NCBI GenBank assembly: GCA_963793865.1
Contig: CAWCBP010000014.1
Span: 32,001 to 96,000 of the forward strand
Direction: 5' to 3'
From: an uncultured delta proteobacterium
GTDB lineage: Bacteria > Desulfobacterota > WTBG01
Length of the DNA: 64,000 bases
Shown in pieces: positions 22,422 to 31,661 of the stretch. The number at the start of each line of letters is the position of its first letter. Position 1 is the first letter of the stretch. The notes under the pieces are model-generated. The model ran no database searches. It worked only from the letters and a program-made list of their open reading frames with translations, and was not told the DNA's origin. A program made the position numbers and the translations under genes.

Positions 22422-22494
22422 GCCTGAGCTCCTTGGATGTAGAGTCTTAAATCCTGTAATTAAGGGACCATTTCTTGCATTTGAACTCATGATG

Positions 22495-22810
22495 GCAGGA
22501 GCGGCTTTAGCCGCGATGTTATTACATTTTATCGGAACATTACCCACTGCACTTTAATGAATAGTAGGAACACATAATTGTTCCTTTTATTGGTCAGTCC
22601 TGAAAAATCGGTGGTCGCAGGCTGTAGTCGCAGGCTTTAGCCTGCGGGGATGCAAAGCAAGAGGACCATTTTAATACAAAGTTTGCAGCAACAGGCATGA
22701 AGCGAACTGGTGACAAGCTGTGCCGGTTTCATTACAGAAACGGTTAACATATATGCTTGGAAGATCATTGAAGAAGGTATATGCGTGGTAGGAGCGGCCT
22801 TTGGCCGCGA
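22495..22810 (+). repeat. Cluster of REP-like palindromes
   Basis: gcaggagcggctttagccgcg (22495), gtagtcgcaggctttagcctgcg (22624), gtaggagcggcctttggccgcg (22788). Confidence 0.7.
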
Positions 22811-22867
22811 ATAAAGCGTTTGACATTACGTACGTTATCAGGTACGTTATGGGCGGAGGTGATTTTC

Positions 22868-23110
22868 ATGACCACAATTAAGGCGACAGAAGCCCGGGCA
22901 AAACTTTATAAATTGATCGACCAGGCTGCAGAGTCCCATGAGCCGATCCAGATCACCGGCAAGAGAGCAAATGCCATTCTCATCTCTGAGGAAGACTGGC
23001 GGTCCATCCAGGAGACGCTCTATCTCTTATCAATTCCGGGGATGGGAAAATCCATTCGCCGGGGCCTCAAAACGCCGGTCGAGAAATGCAGCGAGAAGCC
23101 CGGATGGTAA
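22868..23110 (+). CDS. Phd/YefM antitoxin
   Basis: ATEARAKLYKLIDQ..SHEP..ITGKR.NAIL.SEEDW..IQETLYLLS; GGAGG RBS; GTAC repeats in the promoter. Confidence 0.92.
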   Translation: MTTIKATEARAKLYKLIDQAAESHEPIQITGKRANAILISEEDWRSIQETLYLLSIPGMGKSIRRGLKTPVEKCSEKPGW

Positions 23111-23370
23111 GGTGGAGAATTGTTTATACGAAGCAGGCGCAGAAAGATGCAAAGATGATTGCGGCGGCCGGCCTCAGGCCGAAAGCGGAAAAGCTGCTTC
23201 TCATCCTGTCAAGAAACCCGTTCCAAAAGCCGCCTTCCTATGAAAAATTGCGTGGGGACCTGTCAGGAGCTTATTCGCGACGGATCAACATCCGCCATCG
23301 CCTCGTCTACCAGGTCATCAGCGAGATCAGAACCGTCAAGGTTATCCGGATGTGGACCCATTATGAATAA
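23104..23370 (+). CDS. Txe/YoeB toxin
   Basis: YEKLRGDLSGAYSRRINIRHRLVY..RMWTHYE; overlaps the antitoxin stop. Confidence 0.92.
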   Translation: MVRWRIVYTKQAQKDAKMIAAAGLRPKAEKLLLILSRNPFQKPPSYEKLRGDLSGAYSRRINIRHRLVYQVISEIRTVKVIRMWTHYE

Positions 23371-23564
23371 AGGATCGGGCGGGTAATCTGGAAAAAAGCC
23401 CTGCTGACGATCTTTAGAATAAACGATTAGGGGTCTTATAAAGAAACTATATATCATCCCATTCCAGGCGAAGGAAAGGTTTGCCAGAGCGCAACACAAT
23501 CAAATTCTGATTGGGCTTCACATTGGTATGATATGTTGCAGAATTGCAATTAAAAGGTTCTATA

Positions 23565-23590
23565 AAGAAACCATCTAATCATTGTTGGGC
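23565..23590 (+). other. Integron core site (GTTGGGC), possibly attI-like
   Basis: GTTRRRY at 23584-23590 just before the cassette ORF; near-complementary to R'' GGCCAAC of the downstream attC. Confidence 0.45.
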
Positions 23591-23605
23591 GAGGGGGAGC
23601 ACGCT

Positions 23606-24023
23606 ATGAAGAAATTTGCATTCATTGTCGGGATCGTGATTGTCGCTGCCGGTTTCGTTGCACTCGGTTGGTTTCTGGGCGCCCAGAAGCAGCTCTTGAA
23701 CCAGCTTTTGTCGGTGCAGACACTAGACAAGCACCTCACGGATACCGCCCGAAGCGATGTTACTTGAGCAGATTGATTCCGGTCGGGTGGATGATGCGCG
23801 CCATTCGCTCCAGATTGAGTTGGCTGGGCAGATTTTGACGGTGGACTCTCTCCTTGATGCAGCGGATTCACGAAGTCGAGAGTTGGCGAGTAAGGTCTTT
23901 GCGTGCATAGCACGTCAACGGACTGAGCATCCGCACACTTACACCGGCCAATTGCCGCAGTTGGATTCAGACGTTTCCGCGAAAAGAATTGATTCAATCT
24001 TGCAGAGAGCTGCTCAGAAGTGA
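23606..24023 (+). CDS. Hypothetical membrane-anchored protein in a gene cassette; apparent frameshift ~23755
   Basis: ORFs 23582-23767 and 23757-24023 join; N-terminal TM helix; stop 3 nt before attC. Confidence 0.6.
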
Positions 24024-24026
24024 AGA

Positions 24027-24098
24027 GGCCAACCATGCGATGGAGCTAACCGAGTCCCGCGCTGGCGCGGCCTCGGTAGATCATCTTGAGCGTTATGC
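24027..24098 (+). mobile_element. Integron attC recombination site
   Basis: R'' GGCCAAC, 5-nt spacer, L'' GATGGAGC, hairpin taaccgagtcccgcgc/gcgcggcctcggta, L' GATCATC, 6-nt spacer, R' GTTATGC. Confidence 0.8.
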
Positions 24099-24177
24099 GT
24101 AAATAATAAATCTTGATTTGATTTTTATATTGGCCTATATATTGGTCAATAATAAGTCCAAAATTCGGAGCCATAGT

Positions 24178-24462
24178 ATGAAACCAATTTCCATTACAAA
24201 TGACATTGTTCCTATTGCCGAATTCAAAAAGGGTATCTCAAAATGGTTCAAGAGCCTCAAGGCTACCGGCCATCCCTTGATCATTACTCAAAATGGAAAG
24301 CCGGCCGGCGTTCTCTTGTCACCTGGCGAGTATGACGACCTGGTATATAAAAAATCTTTTCTTGATTCTGTTAGCAGAGGAATAACAGATGCTGAAAGCG
24401 GAAAAACCTATCGAACCGAGGAGGTACAAGCGGCATTAAAAGGGAGAAGAAGCAAGGGATAA
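24178..24462 (+). CDS. Phd/YefM-family antitoxin
   Basis: DIVPIAEFK..PLIITQNGKPAGVLLSP.EYD. Confidence 0.9.
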   Translation: MKPISITNDIVPIAEFKKGISKWFKSLKATGHPLIITQNGKPAGVLLSPGEYDDLVYKKSFLDSVSRGITDAESGKTYRTEEVQAALKGRRSKG

Positions 24463-24468
24463 CCCCTT

Positions 24469-24845
24469 ATGAAAATCAAATGGTCACATGAAGCCCTTGA
24501 GCGCTTAATCGAGATTGAAGACTATATTTCAAAAGACAGCCCGGCCCGGGCCATACAATTTGTCGATCAACTTATTGAGCATGCGGAATTATTATCTGAC
24601 AAACCGCGCATAGGCAGGATGTTCCCGAACTCGCCACCCCCGACATACGAGAACTGATATTTAAAAAATATCGCATTGTCTACAGGCTTGAAAAAAATCA
24701 CATTATCATACTTACTGTTTTTGAAGGGCACAGGATGCCTCGATCTGCTGAATTTGATGTTGACGCAGATAAAACCCTGAAGAACGCACCTACCACATCA
24801 CTTCAGCCGACCTCTTTCAGGAAGATCAAAAAATACCTAGAGTGA
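24469..24845 (+). CDS. RelE/ParE toxin; apparent frameshift ~24622; C-terminus reads through a damaged attC
   Basis: MKIKWSHEALERL.EI.DYISKDSP..A, then in the shifted frame VPE...IRELIFKKYRIVY..ILTVFEG. Confidence 0.8.
24783..24812 (+). mobile_element. Truncated, degenerate attC left half
   Basis: acgcacctac-cacatca-cttcagccgac resembles R''/L''; ACGCA is complementary to the TGCGT following the cassette-start GTTA. Confidence 0.45.
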
Positions 24846-24852
24846 AAAAGCA

Positions 24853-25075
24853 ATGAAACAAAAATTTCTGCTTTGCATTGACAATGAGGGTTGCGAGGCA
24901 TCCTTGGAGATACGAAAGTTGTATGAGACCATTCCAGACAAGGAGGCTGCAGCGTCACAAGCAGGTGAGAATCATTGACGAGTCTGGCGAGGATTATCTT
25001 TACCCTTCCAGGTTCTTTGCACCTGTCAGGCTTTCAATGCAAACAAAAAACAGAATACTCGAAAAATCAGCTTAA
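24853..25075 (+). CDS. Small hypothetical, TA-associated-like protein; apparent frameshift ~24950
   Basis: MKQKFLLCIDNEGCEASLEIRKLYE joins ..RIIDESGEDYLYP..F. Confidence 0.65.
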
Positions 25076-25080
25076 AAAGA

Positions 25081-25208
25081 AGGAGCGATCTCGGGCCGGG
25101 AAAAACATCGCACCTGAAGGTGCTCCTACCATTATTGGTTGATACCGGAAGAACATTGGCAACGAACTCGGGATAGGGGCGTATTGCCATACGCCCGCGG
25201 CTCCCTAC
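25081..25208. repeat. REP-like palindromes
   Basis: catcgcacctgaaggtgctcctacc matches the core at ~6606; ataggggcgtattgccatacgccc. Confidence 0.65.
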
Positions 25209-26513
25209 ACCTTCTTGATGATCAGGGTGGAGTTCTGGCCGCCGAAGCCGAAGGAGTTGGAGAGGGCGCAGGAGAATGACCCCTCGCGGGACCGGTTGGG
25301 GACGTAATCCAGGTCACAATCGGGGTCCGGGGTTTGATAATTAATGGTGGGAGGGATGAAAATCGTTGTTCATGCCCAGGACGGTGGCAATGAGCTCTAA
25401 AATCCCGGCAGCGGCGACGGTATGGCCGATCATCGACTTGGTGCTGCTCACCGGTATTTTATACGCATGATCTGAAAACACCTTTTTAATGGCCGCGGTC
25501 TCAATGCGGTCGTTCTTCATGGTCGCGGTGCCGTGGGCGTTGATGTATTCAACATCAGTGATGACGATCCCGGCGTCCTTTATGGCCCTGCTCATGGCAA
25601 GCACGGCGCCGGTTCCCTCCGGGTGGGGATCCGCCACGCTGTATGCATCCAGCGAGGTTCCATATCCCGCCACTTCGGCATAGATCGTCGCTCCCCGCCT
25701 CAGGGCGTGTTCGTACTCCTCCAGGATGATCACCCCCGCCCCTTCGCCCAGCACAAAACCGTCACGCTTGCGGTCAAAGGGCTTCATGGCCTCCCGGGGC
25801 GTATCATTTTGTGCCGACATGGTGCCCAGTCCACAGAACCCCTCCATGAAAAACGGGTTGAGCATGGAATCATACCCGCCGCTTATAATCAGGTCAGCGT
25901 CGTTTCTCTGGATGATTCTCAAAGACTGCCCCACCGCCTCTGATGATGCCGCACAGGCGGAAACCACCGTGTAGCAGGGTCCTTTGACGCCATAATGGTT
26001 TGCCACCGAGAGCGTTCCCATGCATGCCCTGTTCCAGAGCGGGGCGCTCACACTTTCCTCAAGCCCGCGCGCCCGCATTTCTTTTTCACTCCCGTATCTG
26101 AAGCCCTGGGCAACGATCGTATCCACCCGGGGAATGATGGAGTGCATGCCTGCCCCCAACACGACACCGCCCCGTGCGGCGCGCAGCGCTTCCGCGGCAA
26201 GCCCCGCATCTTCAACGGCAAGCTTCGCGGCGGCATTGGCGAAGAGCACCCGCCGGTCCCCGGTCATGTCCAGCACCTTCATGCCGCGCAGCAGATGCCG
26301 GGGGTTAAAATCCTTGACCTCGGCGGCTATGGTGGTGGGAAGAGAGGAGGCGTCAAAGAGGGTTATGGGACCGACTCCAGATCTCCCCGCCTTAAGAGAC
26401 CGGGTGACCTCCCCCTTCTCGCTGCCGATGGGTGAAATAATTCCCATGCCGGTTATGACGGCGCGCTTTCTCACGAAGGGCTGATTGAGGGGCTGTTTAT
26501 CGGGTAATGACAT
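25205..26513 (-). CDS. Beta-ketoacyl-ACP synthase (FabF-like, catalytic triad intact); apparent frameshift ~25360
   Basis: VSACAAS, YINAHGT, KSMIGH; frame-corrected C-terminus [22 protein letters not shown]. Confidence 0.92.
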
Positions 26514-26970
26514 TGCCTTCCCTGTCGAGGAAGCCGCCGCTGACGTAGATGTAGCTCTTCTTGATGAAGTCCCGCAGGTGGTCAGGCACGGGGCTGTTGC
26601 CGTACATGATGCGCTCGGCGTGGGCCACCGTCTCGCCGTTCACCTCCGCCCGGCCTTCGATCAATGAACCGCTTTCGTTAATGGAGAGGACATCCGCCTT
26701 GAGGATGAGCTGGTCGCCGGGGCGCACCGGACGGTAAAACTTCACCTTGTCGATGCGGAGCAGGATGGCCACGTACTGCCAGCCGGTGGAGAGGGCGATG
26801 GTCCATCCGCCCATCTGGGCCATGGCCTCGATGATCAGGGGTTCGGGCATGAGCGGCGTCAGGCCGTAATGCCGGTTGAAAAAATCCTCTCCCAGGGTGA
26901 CGTTTTTAACACCCACACCGCTTTTCCCGGGAACAAACTGGATGACCTTGTCAAAAAGATGGAATCTCAT
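26497..26970 (-). CDS. FabZ-like hotdog dehydratase
   Basis: RF..FDKV, EDFFNRHY..P.MP..LIIEAMAQ, VRPGDQL. Confidence 0.85.
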   Translation of the reverse strand: MRFHLFDKVIQFVPGKSGVGVKNVTLGEDFFNRHYGLTPLMPEPLIIEAMAQMGGWTIALSTGWQYVAILLRIDKVKFYRPVRPGDQLILKADVLSINESGSLIEGRAEVNGETVAHAERIMYGNSPVPDHLRDFIKKSYIYVSGGFLDREGNVITR

Positions 26971-27007
26971 GCACGGAACCAGGAAGCTGTAAAGGGGAAG
27001 GTTTCAA

Positions 27008-27475
27008 TCAGGTGGCATAGACACCGAACGGCTTATCGCCGGTGAGATAGTGAAAATAGTCCTGCGCCTCCTGGGGATCGTCAATGGTTTCGATGGGGAT
27101 GTAGCGGAGACGCGCCGAGGTGAGGATGGTTTTTACCCGGTCCCCGACCCTGACCTGCGCCTTGAAGGTGACCCCCTCGCTGTCCATGGATTGGAACGTG
27201 ACCTCCATGGTCATTTGCTCTCCCGGCTTCACGAAATCTCTGAATTTGATGGCCCCCAGCTCGGCCAGGGTACCCTTGCTTTTAAAATCACTGCTCACGA
27301 ATACCAGCCACGACGCAAGCTGAACGATTGCCTCGAGCTGCATCACCCCGGGCATGACCGGAAAGCGGGGGAAGTGGTCGGCCAGGAAATCCTCGCTTAT
27401 GGTGACATCCTTGCACCCGGTGGCGGATTTTCCCTTCTCGAATTCCAGTATCCGGTCAACCATGAGAAATCGCAT
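27008..27475 (-). CDS. FabZ-like hotdog dehydratase
   Basis: RFLMVDRI, DHFPRFPVMPGVMQLEA, VKPGE. Confidence 0.88.
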   Translation of the reverse strand: MRFLMVDRILEFEKGKSATGCKDVTISEDFLADHFPRFPVMPGVMQLEAIVQLASWLVFVSSDFKSKGTLAELGAIKFRDFVKPGEQMTMEVTFQSMDSEGVTFKAQVRVGDRVKTILTSARLRYIPIETIDDPQEAQDYFHYLTGDKPFGVYAT

Positions 27476-27479
27476 ATGC

Positions 27480-27851
27480 TTATCCTTTCACCAGCTCCGC
27501 GGAAGCGACAGCGTAGTGGGCGGTGTGGGAGAGCGACACCAGAATTTCCCTGATGTTCTTTTCTTCCATGAGCCGCTTTACCTCGCCGTAGGCATTAATG
27601 CGCGGCCTCCCCAGGGCATCGTTGACGACTTCTATGTCCGTCCACTTCACGTCGCGGGCCCAGCCCACGCCCAATGCCTTGAGCACGCTTTCCTTGGCGG
27701 CAAAGCGGGCGGCAAAATGCTGGTGCCGGTTCTTCTTTTTGCTGCAGTAGCTGATCTCGGCCTCGGTATAGACCCTGGCGAGAAACGACTCGTGCTTTTC
27801 AGCCAGCTGTTCTATTCTCCGCACCTCAACGATGTCTATGCCGATGCCCAT
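27480..27851 (-). CDS. acpS: Holo-ACP synthase (phosphopantetheinyl transferase)
   Basis: GIGIDIVEV.RI, FAARFAAKES.LKALG, VSLSH. Confidence 0.92.
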   Translation of the reverse strand: MGIGIDIVEVRRIEQLAEKHESFLARVYTEAEISYCSKKKNRHQHFAARFAAKESVLKALGVGWARDVKWTDIEVVNDALGRPRINAYGEVKRLMEEKNIREILVSLSHTAHYAVASAELVKG

Positions 27852-27858
27852 GATGCGA

Positions 27859-28272
27859 CTACGTCTTCCCCTTTTCCTCCAGCATTTTCTTGACAATGCT
27901 CGCGAAGGTCTGCACGGTAAAAAGGGTGGGAATATCATCAGCCCTGAATCCGTCGGTGATCCGCGCCGGGTCCACCTCGGGCATGGACTCTCTCAGCTTC
28001 TTAATTCCCAGGGGTGTCAGGACTCCGTCCACAACCAGGTCTTCGTCTTTCAGGTTTTCGCCTTCCGCAGACAGGGTGCTGGCCTGGATGCCTCCCCGGG
28101 GGATTTTTATGCCGAACTCCTTTTCCAGCCTGAAGACGATATCAAGCAGATCGAGCGATTCGGCGCCCAGATCGTCAAACAATACCGCATTGGGCTTTAC
28201 CTCATCCTCGTCGACGCCCAGCGCATCAACCACACATGCCTTCACCTTTTCAAAAATTGTATTCTCATCCAT
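27859..28272 (-). CDS. Acyl carrier protein, enlarged (137 aa)
   Basis: DDLGAESLDLLDIVFRLEKEFGIKIP, with a long insertion before the last helix. Confidence 0.88.
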   Translation of the reverse strand: MDENTIFEKVKACVVDALGVDEDEVKPNAVLFDDLGAESLDLLDIVFRLEKEFGIKIPRGGIQASTLSAEGENLKDEDLVVDGVLTPLGIKKLRESMPEVDPARITDGFRADDIPTLFTVQTFASIVKKMLEEKGKT

Positions 28273-28299
28273 CGTCGCTCACCCCTTTAAAAGAATGGA

Positions 28300-29043
28300 T
28301 TATCCTTTGAAGCCTCCATCGACCCGAATGACCTCACCGGTGATATAGGATGCGTCATCCGAGGCGAGGAATGCCACTACGTTTGCTATTTCCTCCGGCT
28401 GTCCCAGGCGCTTCAGGGCAACGGCGTCAAGGATAATATCCTTTGCCCTCCTGATGACCGTGCTGCTCATTTCCGTTTCCACCACCCCCGGCGCTACCGC
28501 ATTGACGGTGATTTTTTTGGGCGCCAGCTCCATGGCCACGGAGCGGGTAAAGGCGTTGATCCCTCCCTTGGAGGCGGCATAGTTGGACTGCCCGCGGCCG
28601 CCCCGCTCGCCCGCGACCGAGGATATGTTTATGATCCTGCCGCTCTTTTGCACCATCATGTATTTTGCCACTGCCTTGGTGCAGTTGAAGAGTCCTCCCA
28701 GGTTGGTTCTGATGACCATGTCCCAGTCCTCCGGAGTCATGGACAGCAGCAGCTCATCCCTGGTCACGCCCGCATTATTGACCAGGATGTCGATCCGTCC
28801 GAACTGTTCGTAGAGGCTGTCCACCATCTTTTCAACCTCCGGCAGCGAGGTTATGTCCGCCTGCATGGCCGCCGCGCTTCCTCCCCCGGAGATGATCTCC
28901 TTAACCACTTCCTCCGCCTTGTCGGCGTTTTTCATGTAGTTGACGGTTACCCGCGCGCCTTCGGCGGCCAGCTTCAGCGAGATGGCCTTTCCCAGTCCCC
29001 TTGATGCGCCGGTGACCAGTGCGACTTTATCTTTCAGTTTCAT
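28300..29043 (-). CDS. 3-oxoacyl-ACP reductase (FabG-like SDR)
   Basis: TGASRGLG, NNAG, YAASK. Confidence 0.92.
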   Translation of the reverse strand: MKLKDKVALVTGASRGLGKAISLKLAAEGARVTVNYMKNADKAEEVVKEIISGGGSAAAMQADITSLPEVEKMVDSLYEQFGRIDILVNNAGVTRDELLLSMTPEDWDMVIRTNLGGLFNCTKAVAKYMMVQKSGRIINISSVAGERGGRGQSNYAASKGGINAFTRSVAMELAPKKITVNAVAPGVVETEMSSTVIRRAKDIILDAVALKRLGQPEEIANVVAFLASDDASYITGEVIRVDGGFKG

Positions 29044-29064
29044 GGTGCAACCTTTCTCGTGCCT

Positions 29065-30234
29065 TCAGTTTGAATGTTTGAGAGCCTTTGCGGTCATTTC
29101 ATACGCCTGGTCGCTGATGCACTTATCGAAGCTTAAGAAGTGATCGAAGATGAATCCGTGCTTTTCACTGAGCGCCCCGATTTCCCTGATCTTATCCAGG
29201 TCGAGGTCCCTGCCCAGGGAAAAGCTTTCCGGCCGGTTTTCAAGGGCGAGGGTGATGGTCTCGCCCAGACAGGAAGGGATGAAGATCGGACCCACGCCGG
29301 AGTAATTGATGTAAAAGCGCCCCCGGGACTGCCATGGCAGGATGGGAATGGGAATGAAGGAAAAAAAGGGAAGAGAAATGGAATGCCAGCCATGGCTGTT
29401 GGTGTGAGGCAGGGAAATGGTCCCCGCGTCAATGACGAGCACATCCTTTCTCTTTTCCTTTTTCTGAATCACATCCCGCGGCTGAGCGATATCAAATATG
29501 ATGGAACCCGGTGCCAGGGTATCGGGATCGATTATATTGCCGGTCGAAGTGGCGCTGAAAATAATGGTCCCGCTGCTCAAGGCTTCTTTAAGGTTATTGC
29601 TGATCTCAACCCTCTTCCTGGCTTCCCCGTCCAGGTTTGCGAGGAAACGGTCTATGAAGGGGGTTGTTTTCCCCCTGCTTACCAGTATAAGACGAACACC
29701 ATCCTGGATGAGCAGCCGCGCGATGGCAAGCCCGATGCTGCCGGGAAAGCCCACAATTACTATTTTCTGCCGATGGATGTCAATCCCTAATTTTTTCACT
29801 ATGTCCCGGAAGGCCCTGAGGGATGAATACACGGTAAGTGAGTTCCCGGTGGTGACCGGAACAGGGGAGTGCTGATTGATTTCCTTGCCTCTCGACCCAA
29901 CCACCGCGGTCATCGCTCCCAGTCCCACAATCTCGGCGCCCCACTCCTTGGCCTGCCTGCATGCCTCGACCACAAGCTCGACGGCCCGTTCCTGGTTGGT
30001 GAGCAGCTGCTCCGCAGTGAGAAAAACACAAAATATCTTGCCGCTGCACTTTTCATGCTGGGCAGAGCACACCTGGCGGTAGGTAAAAATGTCCTTGATT
30101 AAGCCCACTTCAAGCGCCTTGGATACGATTTTCCCCTCGGGCATAAAAGGGATCAGCGATACATCGTGCCGGAGCAGGAATGCCTTTCTCAACTCACTTG
30201 CTTTGCGGGCATGGGCGATGAAACCAAATTTCAT
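29065..30234 (-). CDS. NAD(P)-dependent oxidoreductase, acyl-ACP reductase (AAR)-like
   Basis: MKFGFIAH, GLGAMT, TTGNSLT, VGFPGSIG, PSCLGET, SFSLGR, KHGF parallel the cyanobacterial AAR motifs. Confidence 0.7.
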   Translation of the reverse strand: MKFGFIAHARKASELRKAFLLRHDVSLIPFMPEGKIVSKALEVGLIKDIFTYRQVCSAQHEKCSGKIFCVFLTAEQLLTNQERAVELVVEACRQAKEWGAEIVGLGAMTAVVGSRGKEINQHSPVPVTTGNSLTVYSSLRAFRDIVKKLGIDIHRQKIVIVGFPGSIGLAIARLLIQDGVRLILVSRGKTTPFIDRFLANLDGEARKRVEISNNLKEALSSGTIIFSATSTGNIIDPDTLAPGSIIFDIAQPRDVIQKKEKRKDVLVIDAGTISLPHTNSHGWHSISLPFFSFIPIPILPWQSRGRFYINYSGVGPIFIPSCLGETITLALENRPESFSLGRDLDLDKIREIGALSEKHGFIFDHFLSFDKCISDQAYEMTAKALKHSN

Positions 30235-30235
30235 G

Positions 30236-31531
30236 TCAATCAACCTTCTTAATGATGAGGCAGGTGCACTGCCCTCCCAGACCCTGGTTAATGGAAAGCG
30301 CTGTGGTTATGCTTTGTTTCCGGGCCTGGTTGGGCACGCAGTCCAACGGGCAGTCAGGGTCGGGGGTGGTATAGTTGATGGTGGGCGGCAGGATACCCTC
30401 CTGCAGGGCCAGGGCGCTGAAGATCAGTTCCGCCGCGCCCGCGGCTGTTCCCAGATGCCCGGTCATGGATTTGGTAGAGCTGACAGGTACCTTTTGCGCT
30501 CGCGGCCCGAAAACAGCCGCAATGGCCAGTGATTCCGCCTTGTCGCTCATGACCGTGCCGACCCCGTCAGCATTAATGTAGTCAACATCCGCAGGTGCTA
30601 TCCCCGCATCCGCAAGGCACTTTTCCAGGGCGATCCTGATGCCGTTTCCCGACGGGCAGGGCTGGTAGAGATGGTGCGCGCTGGAAGCGCTGCCGTAGCC
30701 GGTTATCTCCCCATAAATGCGCGCGCCCCGGCTGCGGGCATGGGACAGCTCTTCGATGACCACCATGCCGGCCCCCTCGCTGAGTACCATGCCGTCCCGG
30801 TTCAGATCAAAGGGCCGGCAGGCCGCTGCCGGATCGGGATTCCGGGAGAGGAGCTCCAGCTTGTTGAAGCCGAAGAGGGTGGTGGGAAGCAGCAGCGAGT
30901 CATAACCGCCGGCAATGGCGATGTCGGCGGAGCCGCGCCGTATGGTCCGCGCCGCGTCACCGATTGCCTGCGATCCTCCGGTGAAGGAGGCAATGATGTT
31001 GTCGTTTTCCCCCTGTATATTATGCTGAAGGGATATGTAATAAAAGGCGTTGTTGGGAAGCGTTTTTAAGAGGAAGAGCGGGTAGGTGCGGGCGATGCCG
31101 TCGGCACCGAACTTGACCGGATCAAATTTTTTCTTTTCCTCGGACCAGGATTGCACGAGCGGTTCCACCAGGTCGGGGAAGCCGGCGCCTTCCTCGAAGC
31201 CCCCGCCCCCGGAGCCTATGAAGCCGCCGAATCGTGAGGGCTCAAGGGTCTCGGTTTTTATGCCGGAATCGTCAACCGCAAGCTGCGCGGCACCGACCGC
31301 CAGATGGACCATGGGAAAGGTGAGCTTGATGGCCTTCCGGTCCTTGATGAAATCGCCGGCCTTGAAATTTCTTACCTCTCCCGCGGTGTAAACGCCGACT
31401 TCCTCCGGCTTGAAACGGGAAAGCGGTCCTATGCCCGATTCACCGGCGCAGAGGCGCTTCCAGTTTTCCTCCTTGCCCACGCCGAGCGGGCTAATGAGGC
31501 CGACCCCTGTTATGACTGCCCTTCGTTCCAT
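30236..31531 (-). CDS. Ketosynthase homologue lacking the catalytic Cys (CLF-like)
   Basis: IASFTGG in place of xTACA; YINADG in place of YINAHG. Confidence 0.85.
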   Translation of the reverse strand: MERRAVITGVGLISPLGVGKEENWKRLCAGESGIGPLSRFKPEEVGVYTAGEVRNFKAGDFIKDRKAIKLTFPMVHLAVGAAQLAVDDSGIKTETLEPSRFGGFIGSGGGGFEEGAGFPDLVEPLVQSWSEEKKKFDPVKFGADGIARTYPLFLLKTLPNNAFYYISLQHNIQGENDNIIASFTGGSQAIGDAARTIRRGSADIAIAGGYDSLLLPTTLFGFNKLELLSRNPDPAAACRPFDLNRDGMVLSEGAGMVVIEELSHARSRGARIYGEITGYGSASSAHHLYQPCPSGNGIRIALEKCLADAGIAPADVDYINADGVGTVMSDKAESLAIAAVFGPRAQKVPVSSTKSMTGHLGTAAGAAELIFSALALQEGILPPTINYTTPDPDCPLDCVPNQARKQSITTALSINQGLGGQCTCLIIKKVD

Positions 31532-31549
31532 GTGCCTTCTCCTGTCCTA

Positions 31550-31607
31550 ACAGGCTGTTGAAAAACACCCATCTGATTCGTGGCGGGGTAGGGCTTTTGA
31601 CGCCACA
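31550..31607. repeat. CAGGCTGTTGAAAAACACCCAT-ended MITE-like element
   Basis: Matches the reverse complement of 37018-37077 and the start of 42209. Confidence 0.6.
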
Positions 31608-31661
31608 ACAATTTGACTTTACGCTTACGGCACGACCCGGTGCCTTCGACTCAGCAAGCTG

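Noticed and set aside
22465..22480. GG-N10-GC sigma54-like motif
   Set aside because: On the strand opposite the adjacent gene and a poor match at -24
23390..23560. Integron integrase remnant upstream of the cassette
   Set aside because: No tyrosine-recombinase motifs in any frame I translated
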